64,000 nt of DNA from Pirellulales bacterium (GCA_963733035.1 CAVTBU010000005.1:1856001-1920000); one strand, 5' to 3'; shown: positions 44,253 to 55,403, numbered from the stretch's first letter. The notes: generated from the letters alone by a model not told the origin. Numbers and translations: made by a program.

Positions 44253-45548
44253 TTACTCAGCCGGGTTCCACCAGCTGTCGAGCATGCTGCGAAGCATGGC
44301 GACTTGCTTTGATTGGGCCGCGGCCAGGTTTTTGGTTTCGTGCGGATCGGCCGCCAGGTCGTAGAGTTCGACGACGGCGTCGGGCTCGTTTTGCGGGTCG
44401 GGCACGATCAACTTCCAGTTGCCATCGACCATCCATCTCCAGCGCAGGTTCGCGGCCGGATCGTCGAGGTCGTTCGCGTTGTGGGTGAAGCACTCGCCAA
44501 AAATCGCTTTGCGGGCCGCCACCGCCTGCTGGTCGAGCAGGTTGATGCCCTGCATCTGGGGCGTCGGTTTTTCGCCCACCGCGGCCAATAGCGTCGGCGC
44601 CAGGTCGACTGAAACGGCCAGTTCGTCGGTCATCCGCGGCGCGACTTTACCGGGCCAGCGAATCATGATTGGCGTCCGCAGGCCGCCGTCGTATTGCGAT
44701 TGTTTTGACTTGGGGGCGTAGCGCGGGCGGTCGACGTTTTGAATCCAGCCGTTATCGGCCAGGTAGACGACAATCGTATCGTCGGCCAATTGTTTCCGCT
44801 CGAGGTGATCGAGCAAGCCGCCGACGGTTTCGTCGAACCACTCGATCATCGCCCAGTATTTTGCCACGTGCTCCGAGGGGGCGACGTTCTTGTACTTGTT
44901 GAACAGTCGCTCCGGCGGTGTGTGTGGATCGTGCGGCATCATCGGTGCGTACCAGACGAAGAAGGGCTGCTTGTCGGCTTGGGCGTCGTCGATGAAGTCG
45001 TAGATCGGTTGCATCGTTTTGCGTCCGATATCCAGTCCTTCGTCGCCATGACGCTCTCCCTTGGTCATGCCGTGCGTGAAACCGCCGCGGCTGAAATGCC
45101 CTTGCCACCACTTGCCGGTTTGGAAACTGCGGTAGCCGGCCGAGCCCAGCAACCGCGGCAGCGTGGGCACGGCTTCCAGGTGCTTATTCATGATCTCGCG
45201 GCCGGCGGCAAATGCCGGCGAACGATAGAATTGCCCGCGCTGCGTGCCCTCGGGAATGGGCGGATCGTTGCTGGTCACCTTGTGTTGGTGCGGATAGAGA
45301 CCGGTGATGATCGTGGCCAGGCTAGGGCAACAGAGGCTCGAAGGAACGTATCCCCGGCGAAACGTCAGGCTTTCGGCGGCCAGCCGATCGAGACGCGGTG
45401 TCTGCACGTGCGGATGATTCAGGAACGAATAATCCGTCCAGGCATGATCGTCGGAAATGATCATCACGATGTTCGGCCGCTGAGCGGCCCCGGCCAGGCC
45501 GGCGAGAGCCGTCAACACGATCGTCAGGAGCAGAGTGAGTCGATTCAT
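44253..45548 (-). CDS. Sulfatase-family protein with variant CxPSL motif
   Basis: PNIVMIISDD, SLCCPSLATIITG, GKWW, ADNG, GGLRTP, ELYDLAADPHE. Confidence 0.88.
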   Translation of the reverse strand: MNRLTLLLTIVLTALAGLAGAAQRPNIVMIISDDHAWTDYSFLNHPHVQTPRLDRLAAESLTFRRGYVPSSLCCPSLATIITGLYPHQHKVTSNDPPIPEGTQRGQFYRSPAFAAGREIMNKHLEAVPTLPRLLGSAGYRSFQTGKWWQGHFSRGGFTHGMTKGERHGDEGLDIGRKTMQPIYDFIDDAQADKQPFFVWYAPMMPHDPHTPPERLFNKYKNVAPSEHVAKYWAMIEWFDETVGGLLDHLERKQLADDTIVVYLADNGWIQNVDRPRYAPKSKQSQYDGGLRTPIMIRWPGKVAPRMTDELAVSVDLAPTLLAAVGEKPTPQMQGINLLDQQAVAARKAIFGECFTHNANDLDDPAANLRWRWMVDGNWKLIVPDPQNEPDAVVELYDLAADPHETKNLAAAQSKQVAMLRSMLDSWWNPAE

Positions 45549-45560
45549 GAGGTGCTTGCG

Positions 45561-46520
45561 TTATTTCTTGAGGAGGATTTCGGCCACTACGCCGTAGTGG
45601 TCGGCCAGATCGATCATTTTCCCTTCGTGCTGCTGGCGGGCCCGCTGCACGGATTGCCGTACGATGGTGGTGTGCGTGCCGCACGGATTGAGCAGCACGT
45701 GGTCGATGTGCTTGGCACGTTTGTTAGGCTTGTTCCAACTGTTCTTGCCGCTGGTGGTGGTGGGATCCGGATCGTCGAGCGGAAAGCTCGTCATTGCGTT
45801 CGCCGCGAGCAGCGTGGCGAATGCATCTTCCGCGGGGCTGAGGTTCATATCACCCAGCAAGATCTGCGGCACGCACTCGGCGCGATGCGGCACGATGATG
45901 CCCTCGGCGATTTCCGGGATTTCCTTATCCCGGGCTTCATCGTCGCCGGCCTGCAAATGCGTGCCGGCGATTTGAAACCGGAGGCCGTCTTTTTCCGCTT
46001 CAACCAACACGCAGCCCTTCTCGGCCAAGGCGTCCACGCCGGTAAGATTTTTGTAGACGATGTGGTCGACGTATTTCAGTGGAATCTTGCCGGCGAAAAG
46101 AATGCCGCCGCTGCAGGCGGCGATGCCCCGCTTGGAATCGACCGAAACGAGGTAGGGGTATTTCTCCTTGAGACCTTCCTTGAGCCGTTCCGTTATCTTT
46201 TTGTCGATGACCTCTTGCAACACGACCACGTCGTAGTCCTGGGCATTCAGAAACTCGATGATCCACGGCGCTCGCATGGCCTGGCCCCTTTGCAACGGCT
46301 CCACCGGCGGAGACGTGGGAAGCATTTGGACGTTCCAGGTCAGGATTTTGAGGTTTGCCGGCTCGCTTTCCGCGGCGGCCTTTGCGTCGTCGGCCTGGGC
46401 ATGGGCGGCGCCGAGCGTCACCAGACCGAGCCCCGCCACAAGGACGGTCATGCCAAGAGATCGGGCAATCGGATTCACGCGAGCGACTCCAAGTGCGGTG
46501 CCATGAATGCTATTGAACAC
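45561..46520 (-). CDS. Sphingomyelinase C-like EEP-family phosphodiesterase
   Basis: LTWNVQML, DVVVLQE, AEKG, GTHLQA, GDMN, IDHVL, DHYGV; signal peptide. Confidence 0.8.
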   Translation of the reverse strand: MFNSIHGTALGVARVNPIARSLGMTVLVAGLGLVTLGAAHAQADDAKAAAESEPANLKILTWNVQMLPTSPPVEPLQRGQAMRAPWIIEFLNAQDYDVVVLQEVIDKKITERLKEGLKEKYPYLVSVDSKRGIAACSGGILFAGKIPLKYVDHIVYKNLTGVDALAEKGCVLVEAEKDGLRFQIAGTHLQAGDDEARDKEIPEIAEGIIVPHRAECVPQILLGDMNLSPAEDAFATLLAANAMTSFPLDDPDPTTTSGKNSWNKPNKRAKHIDHVLLNPCGTHTTIVRQSVQRARQQHEGKMIDLADHYGVVAEILLKK

Positions 46521-48555
46521 GGAAGGCGCGGGACATGCACGTTAGCGGATGCACTTCGCCATCGGCCGTTTTGTACACTCCGCGATGCACGATTCGATAG
46601 GTACCCGGCTGGGTCTCTTTCGGGATTTGCCAATCGATGCGGCACACGAAAGGCGCCGTGCGACTGCGATTTTCCGGCGGCTGCTTCCAGCAAAGTCGAA
46701 CTTCCCAATCACCGTCGATGGCGAGCGGCTGCCAGGCGCCGTCCTGCTGCCGTTCGATCGTCGCATAAATGCGCTCGCAACGGAAATCGTTTTGGGGATG
46801 TCCGCTCCAAAACGACGCGCTGGCGGCATCGCCAGGCGAACAGACCTCGCTGACATCCGCGATAACATCGCCGAACTGGGCGGCGGTTGGCGCATCATCG
46901 GCGGGCGTTCCAAGTTGGGTCGGACGAACCGCGCCGCGCACATCGGCCGGTGGCGGTTCGGTGGCCGAGGGTCGAGCGGCCGCGATGTCGGCCGCGAGGC
47001 GCGCGAATTCCTGGGCGTAGCCGGCCTGCGTCCAGGGACCGTAGAGCGTGGCGGCTCCCTCGTAGTGTTGGATTTCGTATTCTTCGCGCGTGGCGACATA
47101 ACCGACGTAGTCATTGGCATAGCCGGCGACGGCGACGTATTTTACGTCCGGCAGCGATTGCTCGATCGCCTGGCGAAAGCGGCGGCCGCTCATCGTGGTG
47201 AACTCGGCCGGCCCGATCGCCAGCGCAAGCTGCCCAACGCGGGCGACGCCGAGGGGAATGACGTTCGGCAGCAGCGGCGGGTCGACGGCTCCCGGAGCGA
47301 ACAGGATCGGCTTGGGCCGATGGGCGGCGCGGACTTCGTCGCTGGGCGGCGCTACGGGCACCACCTGTTTGGCCAGCGTTTCGATGAGCTTGTCGGGCCT
47401 GGTCATGCCCTCCTTGAACAGCAGCGGCTGACCGCCGCCGTCTTCGGTGGAGCCGGCCGCAAAGGAGTAGCCGTAGGCAGCCGGTCCCGTGGTTTGATCG
47501 CCGTGTCCCGTCCAGGCGTCGCGAACGACCAGCGCGCCGAAGTTGACATACGCTTGACGGTAGTCGATCGGTCCGGCCAGATCCTCGGTGGCCGAGTCGA
47601 ACAGGCGAATGGCGGCCGCGCACTGGCGATCGCCCATGATCCTGGTGCTTTCGAATTCGTCCTTGCCGGGGCCGCGCTGCTTGAGCGTGAGGTTGGGCGT
47701 GACGTCGCCGCAATTGCTTTGAGCAAACGCCGCGACGAAGGACCCATTTTGATCCTGCGTCTGGGCGTGTTCGCGATTCCACCAACGCTCGAACGCAAGG
47801 GCGGCGTAGCCCTTGTTGTCGCTCGAAATGAGCCGATTGTGATAGCTCATGGAGGTGGGATGCACGGCATGCCAGTTGAGAATGCCGATCGGCTGGCCGT
47901 CGCGCACGAACTTGAGCAGGATCATTCGCGTGTCGATGTCGGCCGGATACTTGTCGCGTTCGGCCTGCGGATTTTCGAGATAGGCCGCTCGCGAACGCTG
48001 GGCGCCGCCCGCTTCCACGTCACCGACGGCGATCAGGATACGAGCCGGCTTCAAATCGCGGTGGGCCGCGACGACCGAGTCGGCAATCGCATCGACCAAC
48101 TGCTGGAAATGCTCTGGGTTGAACGGCGCGCCCAGCGGTGAGTCGGCGCCGTTGTGCCAATAGCCGCCAGGCACGGCGTGGGTATGCGTGGCGGCGAGAA
48201 CCAGGTTGTCGAGGTGGTAAACGTCGCCGATTTCCGCCGCGAGTTTTTCCAGCACCGACAACACCATCGAGTGCGTCACGCTCTGCAAGTCCGTGGTGAC
48301 GATGGCCAGGTGCTTCTTGGCATCGCGATCGGCGATCACAAACGTGCGGGCATATTGCCGCAGATGAATCCCCTCGGTGATCTGATCCGGGCGCACATAG
48401 CCGAGCATCTTGATGCCGACCGGCGGACCGGTGATATCGCGGATGGCCCGGCCAACGCGATAGGGCTGTTCGGCACGCACGGCGGTGGCGGCGCCCAGCA
48501 TGATTGACAATGCCAGCAGAATTTGCCCGCCACGGGCCAGAGTTTTTCCCATCAT
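46510..48555 (-). CDS. Neutral/alkaline ceramidase
   Basis: DITGP, GIHLRQYAR, ATHTH, AVHPTSM, SSDNKG, GDVTPN, AAGSTEDG, EFTTMSGRR, YEGAATLYGP. Confidence 0.92.
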   Translation of the reverse strand: MMGKTLARGGQILLALSIMLGAATAVRAEQPYRVGRAIRDITGPPVGIKMLGYVRPDQITEGIHLRQYARTFVIADRDAKKHLAIVTTDLQSVTHSMVLSVLEKLAAEIGDVYHLDNLVLAATHTHAVPGGYWHNGADSPLGAPFNPEHFQQLVDAIADSVVAAHRDLKPARILIAVGDVEAGGAQRSRAAYLENPQAERDKYPADIDTRMILLKFVRDGQPIGILNWHAVHPTSMSYHNRLISSDNKGYAALAFERWWNREHAQTQDQNGSFVAAFAQSNCGDVTPNLTLKQRGPGKDEFESTRIMGDRQCAAAIRLFDSATEDLAGPIDYRQAYVNFGALVVRDAWTGHGDQTTGPAAYGYSFAAGSTEDGGGQPLLFKEGMTRPDKLIETLAKQVVPVAPPSDEVRAAHRPKPILFAPGAVDPPLLPNVIPLGVARVGQLALAIGPAEFTTMSGRRFRQAIEQSLPDVKYVAVAGYANDYVGYVATREEYEIQHYEGAATLYGPWTQAGYAQEFARLAADIAAARPSATEPPPADVRGAVRPTQLGTPADDAPTAAQFGDVIADVSEVCSPGDAASASFWSGHPQNDFRCERIYATIERQQDGAWQPLAIDGDWEVRLCWKQPPENRSRTAPFVCRIDWQIPKETQPGTYRIVHRGVYKTADGEVHPLTCMSRAFRVQ

Positions 48556-48714
48556 GATTCTTATTCGCACGGCGTGCTGCGGCTGCCTGGGCCGGAGTGA
48601 TGAATTCGACAATGTGCAGTCTACGCAGCCTGAGACCTGACGTATACTGTAGGCGTTCAGATCGAGAATTTCAGCGGCCCGATTTCAGAGCTGAGTACCC
48701 AAGGAGATATCGCG

Positions 48715-49557
48715 ATGTTCGAACGCATTTCGCGAGGTATCGAGCTGACCAAGCAAAGCTGGCACGTACTCCAGGAAGAAAAATCGCTGCTCGTGTTTCC
48801 ACTGTTTAGTGGAATCGCGTGCATGCTCGTGACCGCCAGTTTCGCGGTGCCGGTTTGGGTCAGCGGCTACGGACTGTCGCTGCTCGACGAAGGGAACAAA
48901 TTGCCACAGGATCCACTGGCCTACGCGCTGCTGTTCGCGTTCTATTTCGTGAACTACTTCGTGATTGTGTTTTTCAATTCGGCGCTGATCAGCTGCGCGG
49001 TTATCCGTTTTCACGGTGGCGATGCCACGGTGTCTGACGGATTGAGCGCCGCGATGAGCCGGCTGCCGCAAATTGCGGGTTGGGCACTGGTGAGTGCCAC
49101 GGTGGGCGTGCTGCTCAAGGCGATCGAATCGCGCTCGGAAAAGTTGGGCCAGCTCGCCGCCGGTCTGCTCGGAGCCGGTTGGGCGATCGCCACGTATTTT
49201 GTCGTGCCCGTGTTGGTCGTCGAAGGGGTGGGGCCAATCACGGCGGTGAAGCGTTCGTTCGCCATCCTCCGCAAGGCGTGGGGCGAATCGATCGTCGCTC
49301 AATTCGGCATCGGCCTGATCGTGTTTGCCGCGACGTTGCTGGCGCTTCTGCCCGCCGCGCTGGGGATGCTTTCGGGCAATGTCGTCGCGGCGGCCGTGGG
49401 GATTGGCGTCACGGTCTTGTTGATCATCGTGATCTCGCTCGTTTCCGCGGCGCTCAATACGATCATCCTGGCCGCCCTGTACCTGTACGCGGCCGAAGGC
49501 CAGGTACCGAAGCAATTCGACCGCGAACTGCTTGCCGCGGCTTACGCACGCAAGTAG
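48715..49557 (+). CDS. Conserved membrane protein (DUF6159-like)
   Basis: MFERISRG...SW, FFNSAL, WAIATYFVVPVLV, KAWGE; AAGGAG Shine-Dalgarno. Confidence 0.75.
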   Translation: MFERISRGIELTKQSWHVLQEEKSLLVFPLFSGIACMLVTASFAVPVWVSGYGLSLLDEGNKLPQDPLAYALLFAFYFVNYFVIVFFNSALISCAVIRFHGGDATVSDGLSAAMSRLPQIAGWALVSATVGVLLKAIESRSEKLGQLAAGLLGAGWAIATYFVVPVLVVEGVGPITAVKRSFAILRKAWGESIVAQFGIGLIVFAATLLALLPAALGMLSGNVVAAAVGIGVTVLLIIVISLVSAALNTIILAALYLYAAEGQVPKQFDRELLAAAYARK

Positions 49558-49570
49558 GCACGGACCGGCG

Positions 49571-50923
49571 TCAGGGCGCCAGCAGCAAGCGGCCGGGAAC
49601 TTTGAGGTAGTTGATGACCTCGTTGAGGAAGCGAGCGGCCGTGGCTCCGTCGACGACGCGATGGTCGTAGGTGAGGCTCAAGGGCATCATCAACCGAACT
49701 TCGATCTTGTCTCCCTCGGTCACCACCGGCAGCTTGCGCGAACGGCCCAGCAACAAAATGGCCACCTGCGGCGGGTTGATAATCGGGGTCGAGTAGGTGC
49801 CACCGACCGCGCCCAGGTTGCTGATCGTGAACGTGCCGCCGTTGAGATCGTCGAGCTTGAACTGCGCCTTGCGTGCTTTTTCGGTCACCTCCGTGAGCGC
49901 CCGGGCAATATTGGGAATGCTCATGCGGTCGACGTCGCGAACGACCGGCACGACCAGACCGCGCTCGGTGTCGACGGCCACGCCGATGTTCACGTACTGC
50001 TTGTAAATCAGCTCTTCCTTCTCCAGGTCGACCGAGGCATTGACCATCGGATGGAGTTTGAGGGCCTGGGCACAGGCTTTCATGACAAAGGGCATCATCG
50101 TCAGCTTGATGTCGGTGCCGACATAATCGGCAAGCCCCCCCTTGCGAATCCGTTCGAGCTCGGTGATGTCCGCGTCGTCGAAGTTGGTGACGGGGGGAAT
50201 CGTGGCATGCGACTTGGCCATGTTGACGGCGATGGCTTTGCGGATGGCCGTCAGCTTTTGCTTGCGGACGAAGCCCCAATTGTCTTTCGCGTCGGTGCCG
50301 GGCGGAAGCGCCGCGGACGGTGAAGGTCGCGGAGCGGCGACGTTCTCGCGAACGGCGGCCTTGACGTCGTCTTCGGTAATACGACCGTGCGGCCCGCTGC
50401 CGGCAACGATCGTCAAATCGACGCCCAATTCGCGGGCCAGCCGCCGGGTGGCCGGTCCTGCTGGCGGCGTCTTGCCCGGCGCGGTGCTGGCCGCCGGCGG
50501 CGGCGAAGCTTTCTTGCTGGCCGGCGTCTTGGCAGCCGGCTGCTCCGCCTCGACCTCGACAACCGGCTGCTCGGCGGATTCGGTCTGCTTCTGCTCGGTC
50601 GCCTGTTTGGGGCGCGATTCCTCTTTTTTGGCCGCCGGGGCTTTGGCCTTGGCCTTTGCTCCGCTATCGGCTTTGGATTTGCCGTCGCCTCCTTCGAGCG
50701 TCAACAGCGGATCGCCGACCTTGACTTTGGAGCCTTCCGCAACGTGGACCTTGATGATCTTGCCGGCGTAAGGGCAAGGGAGTTCGACCACGGCCTTGCC
50801 GGTTTCGATCTCCATCACGCTCTGGTCGGCCGCGATCTCGTCGCCTTCGTGGACCATCACCTTGACGATGTCCCCCTCGTCAACATTCTCACCCAGGTTG
50901 GGGACAGTGAAATCGGTCGCCAT
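49571..50923 (-). CDS. aceF: Dihydrolipoamide acetyltransferase (PDH E2), single lipoyl domain
   Basis: Lipoyl ETGKA, E3-binding AGPATRRLARELG, GTFTISNLG, DHRVVDG. Confidence 0.93.
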   Translation of the reverse strand: MATDFTVPNLGENVDEGDIVKVMVHEGDEIAADQSVMEIETGKAVVELPCPYAGKIIKVHVAEGSKVKVGDPLLTLEGGDGKSKADSGAKAKAKAPAAKKEESRPKQATEQKQTESAEQPVVEVEAEQPAAKTPASKKASPPPAASTAPGKTPPAGPATRRLARELGVDLTIVAGSGPHGRITEDDVKAAVRENVAAPRPSPSAALPPGTDAKDNWGFVRKQKLTAIRKAIAVNMAKSHATIPPVTNFDDADITELERIRKGGLADYVGTDIKLTMMPFVMKACAQALKLHPMVNASVDLEKEELIYKQYVNIGVAVDTERGLVVPVVRDVDRMSIPNIARALTEVTEKARKAQFKLDDLNGGTFTISNLGAVGGTYSTPIINPPQVAILLLGRSRKLPVVTEGDKIEVRLMMPLSLTYDHRVVDGATAARFLNEVINYLKVPGRLLLAP

Positions 50924-51031
50924 GTGCTTGAGACTCCGTCGCTCGCCGTGCTTTCGCCGGGCGTTTGCAATCCAATGTATGTTCGTCGGTTAAGGCGTTT
51001 TCGATCGCCAGGTCGCTCTGCCCGCGGCCGA

Positions 51032-53712
51032 TCAGGCGCGGGCGGGATCGATCTTGTCCGGGTCGATCCCGAGTTCCTCAATGGCGGCTGCCACGTGGTT
51101 CGAATCTATGCACCCCCGCTTCGAAAGTTGATAGAGTGCAGCAACGGCAATGCTTTCGGCGTCGACTTCGAAGTGACGTCGCAAGCTCGAGCGGTCCTCG
51201 CTCCGACCGAAGCCATCGGTGCCCAACGGGAACAAGCCCTCGGGCACGTACGGCCCGATCTGTTCGGCCAAGGCACGTACGTAGTCGCTGGCGCTAATGA
51301 ACGGTCCCTGCTCCCCGGCCAGCACCTGCTCGATGTAGCTTTGCCGCGGTTTTTCAGTGGGGTGCAACATGTTCCAGCGTTCGACGGCCTGTGCATTGCG
51401 TGCCAACTCGGTATAGCTGGTCACGCTCCAAACCGTCGACGAAATCTGATACCGGTCGCAGAGGATTTCTTGGGCTCGCAGGGCTTCGCGCAAGATCGCG
51501 CCGAACCGAACAGTTGCACGTGCGGACGGTCTTTGCCCGCACTCTTGCTGCCGAACTTGTAGATGCCGCGGAGAATCCCTTCTTCCACGCCCTCGGGCAT
51601 GGACGGGTGGCGGTAGTTCTCGTTGTACAGCGTGATGTAGTAGATGGCGTCCTCGCCGTCTTCATACATCCGCTTCATGCCGTCGAGCACGATTTGCGTC
51701 GTTTCGTAGGCAAATGCCGGGTCGTAAGCCCGCACCGTGGGGAAGGCCAAGGCGTTGAGCAGGCTTTGCCCGTCCTGGTGCTGCAAGCCTTCGCCGGCCA
51801 GCGTCGTGCGTCCGGCCGTGCCGCCCAGCATGAACCCCTTGGACCGGCTGTCGCAGGCGGCCCACACCAGGTCTCCGATGCGCTGGAAGCCGAACATCGA
51901 ATAGTAGATGAACATCGGAATCATGTTGATTCCGTGTGTCGAGTAGGCAGTGCCCGCGGCGATGAAGCTCGACATCGAACCGGCTTCGGTAATGCCCTCT
52001 TCGAGCAGCTGCCCGTCTTTTGCCTCGCGATAGTAAGTGAGCATGCCGGCATCGACCGGCTCGTAGAGCTGACCGGCGTGCGCGTAGATGCCGCACTGTC
52101 GGAAGAGGCCTTCCATGCCGAACGTTCGCGATTCGTCGGGCACGATCGGCACGATGTACTTGCCGACTTTCTCGTCCTTGAGCAATTTACTCAGGAAACC
52201 GACGAACGCCATCGTAGTCGAAGCCTCGCGCTCGCCGCTCCCCTCGAGGAAGTCCTCATAGCCTTGAATCCGCGGCATCTGGCTGTTGACGGGCTTTGTC
52301 GAACGTGCCGGGACGAAACCCCCCAGAGCCTCGCGGCGCTGCTTGAGGTACTGGATCTCCTCGCTGTCTTCGGCGGGTCGATAAAACGGCGCCTGGCTGA
52401 CTTCGTCGTCCGAAATCGGAATGCCGAAGCGACTGCGGAATTCGCGCAGTTCCTTGTCGCCAAGCTTCTTTTGTTGGTGCGTGACGTTGCGGCCTTCGCC
52501 GGCTTCACCCAGGCCATAGCCTTTGATGGTTTTGGCCAGGATTACGGTCGGGCGGCCCTTGCACGCGATAGCGGCCTGGTAGGCCGCGAACACTTTTTCA
52601 GGATCGTGCCCACCACGGCGGAGCTTCTTGAGCTCCTCGTCCGACATGGCCCGAACCATTTGCAGCAGTTCGGGATACTTGCCAAAGAAGTGCTCGCGAA
52701 TGTATTCGCCGGGCATGACCGTGTATTTCTGGAACTCGCCGTCAACGACTTCGTTCATGCGGCGAACGAGCAAGCCGTGTTTATCTTTCGCCAGCAGCGG
52801 ATCCCAGCTATCGCCCCACACGACCTTGATGACGTTCCAGCCAGCGCCACGAAAAGTACCTTCGAGTTCCTGGATGATCTTGCCGTTGCCGCGCACGGGA
52901 CCATCCAGCCGCTGCAGGTTGCAATTGATGACAAACGTCAGGTTGTCGAGTTGTTCGCGACCGGCCAGCGTAATCGCGCCAAGTGATTCGGGCTCGTCGG
53001 TCTCGCCGTCGCCCAGGAATGCCCACACGTGTTGGCCCGAGGTGTCTTTGATGCCACGGTCGTGCAGGTACTTGTTGAAGCGGGCCTGATAGATGGCCAT
53101 GATCGGCCCCAGACCCATCGACACGGTCGGGAATTCCCAGAAGCCCGGCATCAGCCAGGGATGCGGGTAGCTGGAAAGTCCGCCCCCTTTTTCCAGTTCC
53201 TGCCGAAAGTTGACTAGGTGCTGCTCGTCGATGCGGCCCTCGAGAAACGCGCGGGCATACATTCCCGGGGCGGCGTGCCCTTGGAAATAAATCTGATCGC
53301 CGGAGTAGTCGTCTCCTTTGCCGCGGAAGAAGTGGTGGAAGGCCACTTCGTAGAGCGTGGCCGCCGAGGCGAACGTCGAAATATGGCCACCGATGCCGTC
53401 GTGGGCCTTGTTGGCCCGGGTGACCATGGCCATCGCGTTCCAGCGGATGATGCTCTTGATGCGGCGCTCGAGTTCGCGATTGCCGGGGTAGGGTGGTTGC
53501 TTGTCGGCGGCGATTGTGTTGATGTAGGGGGTCGTGGCCGTGAACGGCAATTCAACCCCCTCGCGATGTGCCGCTTCGCTCAACTCGCCGAGCAAAAAGC
53601 TGACGCGTTCGGGCCCTTGATTCTCCAGGACGCTCCGCAACGATTCGAGCCATTCGGCCGTTTCGAGCGGATCGGTGTCCGCATGCGAGGGAATCGTGTC
53701 AGCTTGCGACAT
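51032..53712 (-). CDS. aceE: Pyruvate dehydrogenase E1, homodimeric type; frameshift near 51502
   Basis: GGHIST, LSSYPHP, TVSMGLGP, GDGETDEPE, YSMFGFQR, GEGLQHQDG; C-terminus LGTDGFGRSE in the second frame. Confidence 0.96.
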
Positions 53713-53969
53713 GGCCTGGCTCCATAGCACTGGGGAGATCGAATTGTCCGACGAGCTGGCGACCGGTGTCGCAGCTTTTCATCGCGTCCATGCGATGACG
53801 CAGTCCGTCGAACTGTTCAACGGACTTTGAGTGCCTCCGCCGGGGGCGTGCGGTCACAAACAGCGGCAGCAGCGACCGGTTCGGTGGGAACCACCGAACG
53901 GCTGAATTATCCCCCGCCGGCCCAATTTGGTAAAGGGCTGTAAGTCCATGCGGCACAGTCCCTTTGTGG

Positions 53970-55403
53970 TTAACAGGATGACTTTTTCTTATGTTTTGCG
54001 CGTGTGCGCGGTTTGTAGATTTCGGTGGCCGTGCCCAGGAACGCTTCGGCCGCAAAACCCAACGTTTCGCTCAGCGTTGGGTGCGGGTGGATCGATTCGG
54101 CCAGATCGCGGGCCGTGGCCCCCATTTCGATGGCCACCACGCCCTCGGTCAGAATGTCGCCGGCGCTAACGCCCACGATGCCGATCCCCAAAATCCGTTC
54201 GCTCTCGGGATCGATGAGCAACTTCGTGAAACCTTCGGTGCGGCCCAGCGCAAGCGCCTTGCCGCTGGCCGCCCAAGGATATTTTACCACCTCATGTTCG
54301 ACGCCTTGCGCCTGGGCGTCGTTTTCGGTGAGCCCGGCCCAGGCAATCTCCGGGTCGGTGAACACGATGGCCGGAATGGCCAAGGGTTCGAACACAGCCG
54401 GCTCGCCCAGCAGCGCTTCAACGGCCACCTTGCCTTGATGCGAGGCTTTGTGCGCAAGCATCGGCTCGCCGGCAACGTCGCCGATCGCCGATATATGTTC
54501 GTCGGCCGTGCGACATTGGTCGTCGATGACAACGAAGCCCTTTTCGTCGATCTCGACGTCGGTGTTTTCCAGCCCGAGCCCGGCACTGTTGGGCCGCCTG
54601 CCGACCGACACCAGCACGCGGCTGAACGATTCGGTGCGTGTGCCGTTCTCGTCTTCGAAGGTGACGTCGATCACGTCCTGACCTTCGGCGACCTTGGCAA
54701 CCTTGGTGTTGAGGTAGATGTTGGCGAAGATCTTCTTCAGCCGCGTTTCCAGCGGTTTGACCAGGTCACGATCGGCCAACGGCAGCAGCGTGGGAGTTAG
54801 TTCGACAACCGTCACCTTCGTGCCGAGTTCCGCGTAGACTGTTCCCAGTTCCAGGCCGATGTATCCGCCGCCAATTACCAGCAGGGTCTCGGGCACGTCT
54901 TGCAGCGCTAGCGCGCCGGTTGAATCCATTACCCGGTCGGAGTTCAGCTTGAAGGCGCCGGGCATGGCCGGAATCGAACCGCTGGCCAGGATGCAATGCT
55001 CGAAGACCAGTTTGTCGTCCCCTTCGACGCCTTCGAGCTTAAGCGTTTGAGAATTGAGAAACGTGGCCCGGGCATGAATCACTTGCACCTTGCGGCGCTT
55101 GGCCAGTTGGGACAGGCCGCCGCTCAGGTCGGAGATGACCTTGTCCTTGCGGGCGCGCATCGTGTCGACGTCGATCTGGGGCGATTCGAACTTCACGCCC
55201 CATTCGTTCATTTCGTGCGATTCGCTGATGACGCGGGCGACGTGCAACAGGGCCTTGGAGGGAATACAGCCTTTGAGGAGGCACGTGCCGCCCAGCCGCG
55301 ATTCGGCTTCGACGAGCGTGACCTGCATGCCCATATCGGCGGCCATGAACGCGGCCGCATACCCGCCGGGTCCGCCGCCCAGCACTACCAATTGAGTCTC
55401 CAT
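53970..55403 (-). CDS. lpdA: Dihydrolipoamide dehydrogenase (E3)
   Basis: GGGPGGY, GGTCLLKGCIPSK, GGGYIGLE, HPHPTLSE. Confidence 0.97.
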   Translation of the reverse strand: METQLVVLGGGPGGYAAAFMAADMGMQVTLVEAESRLGGTCLLKGCIPSKALLHVARVISESHEMNEWGVKFESPQIDVDTMRARKDKVISDLSGGLSQLAKRRKVQVIHARATFLNSQTLKLEGVEGDDKLVFEHCILASGSIPAMPGAFKLNSDRVMDSTGALALQDVPETLLVIGGGYIGLELGTVYAELGTKVTVVELTPTLLPLADRDLVKPLETRLKKIFANIYLNTKVAKVAEGQDVIDVTFEDENGTRTESFSRVLVSVGRRPNSAGLGLENTDVEIDEKGFVVIDDQCRTADEHISAIGDVAGEPMLAHKASHQGKVAVEALLGEPAVFEPLAIPAIVFTDPEIAWAGLTENDAQAQGVEHEVVKYPWAASGKALALGRTEGFTKLLIDPESERILGIGIVGVSAGDILTEGVVAIEMGATARDLAESIHPHPTLSETLGFAAEAFLGTATEIYKPRTRAKHKKKSSC

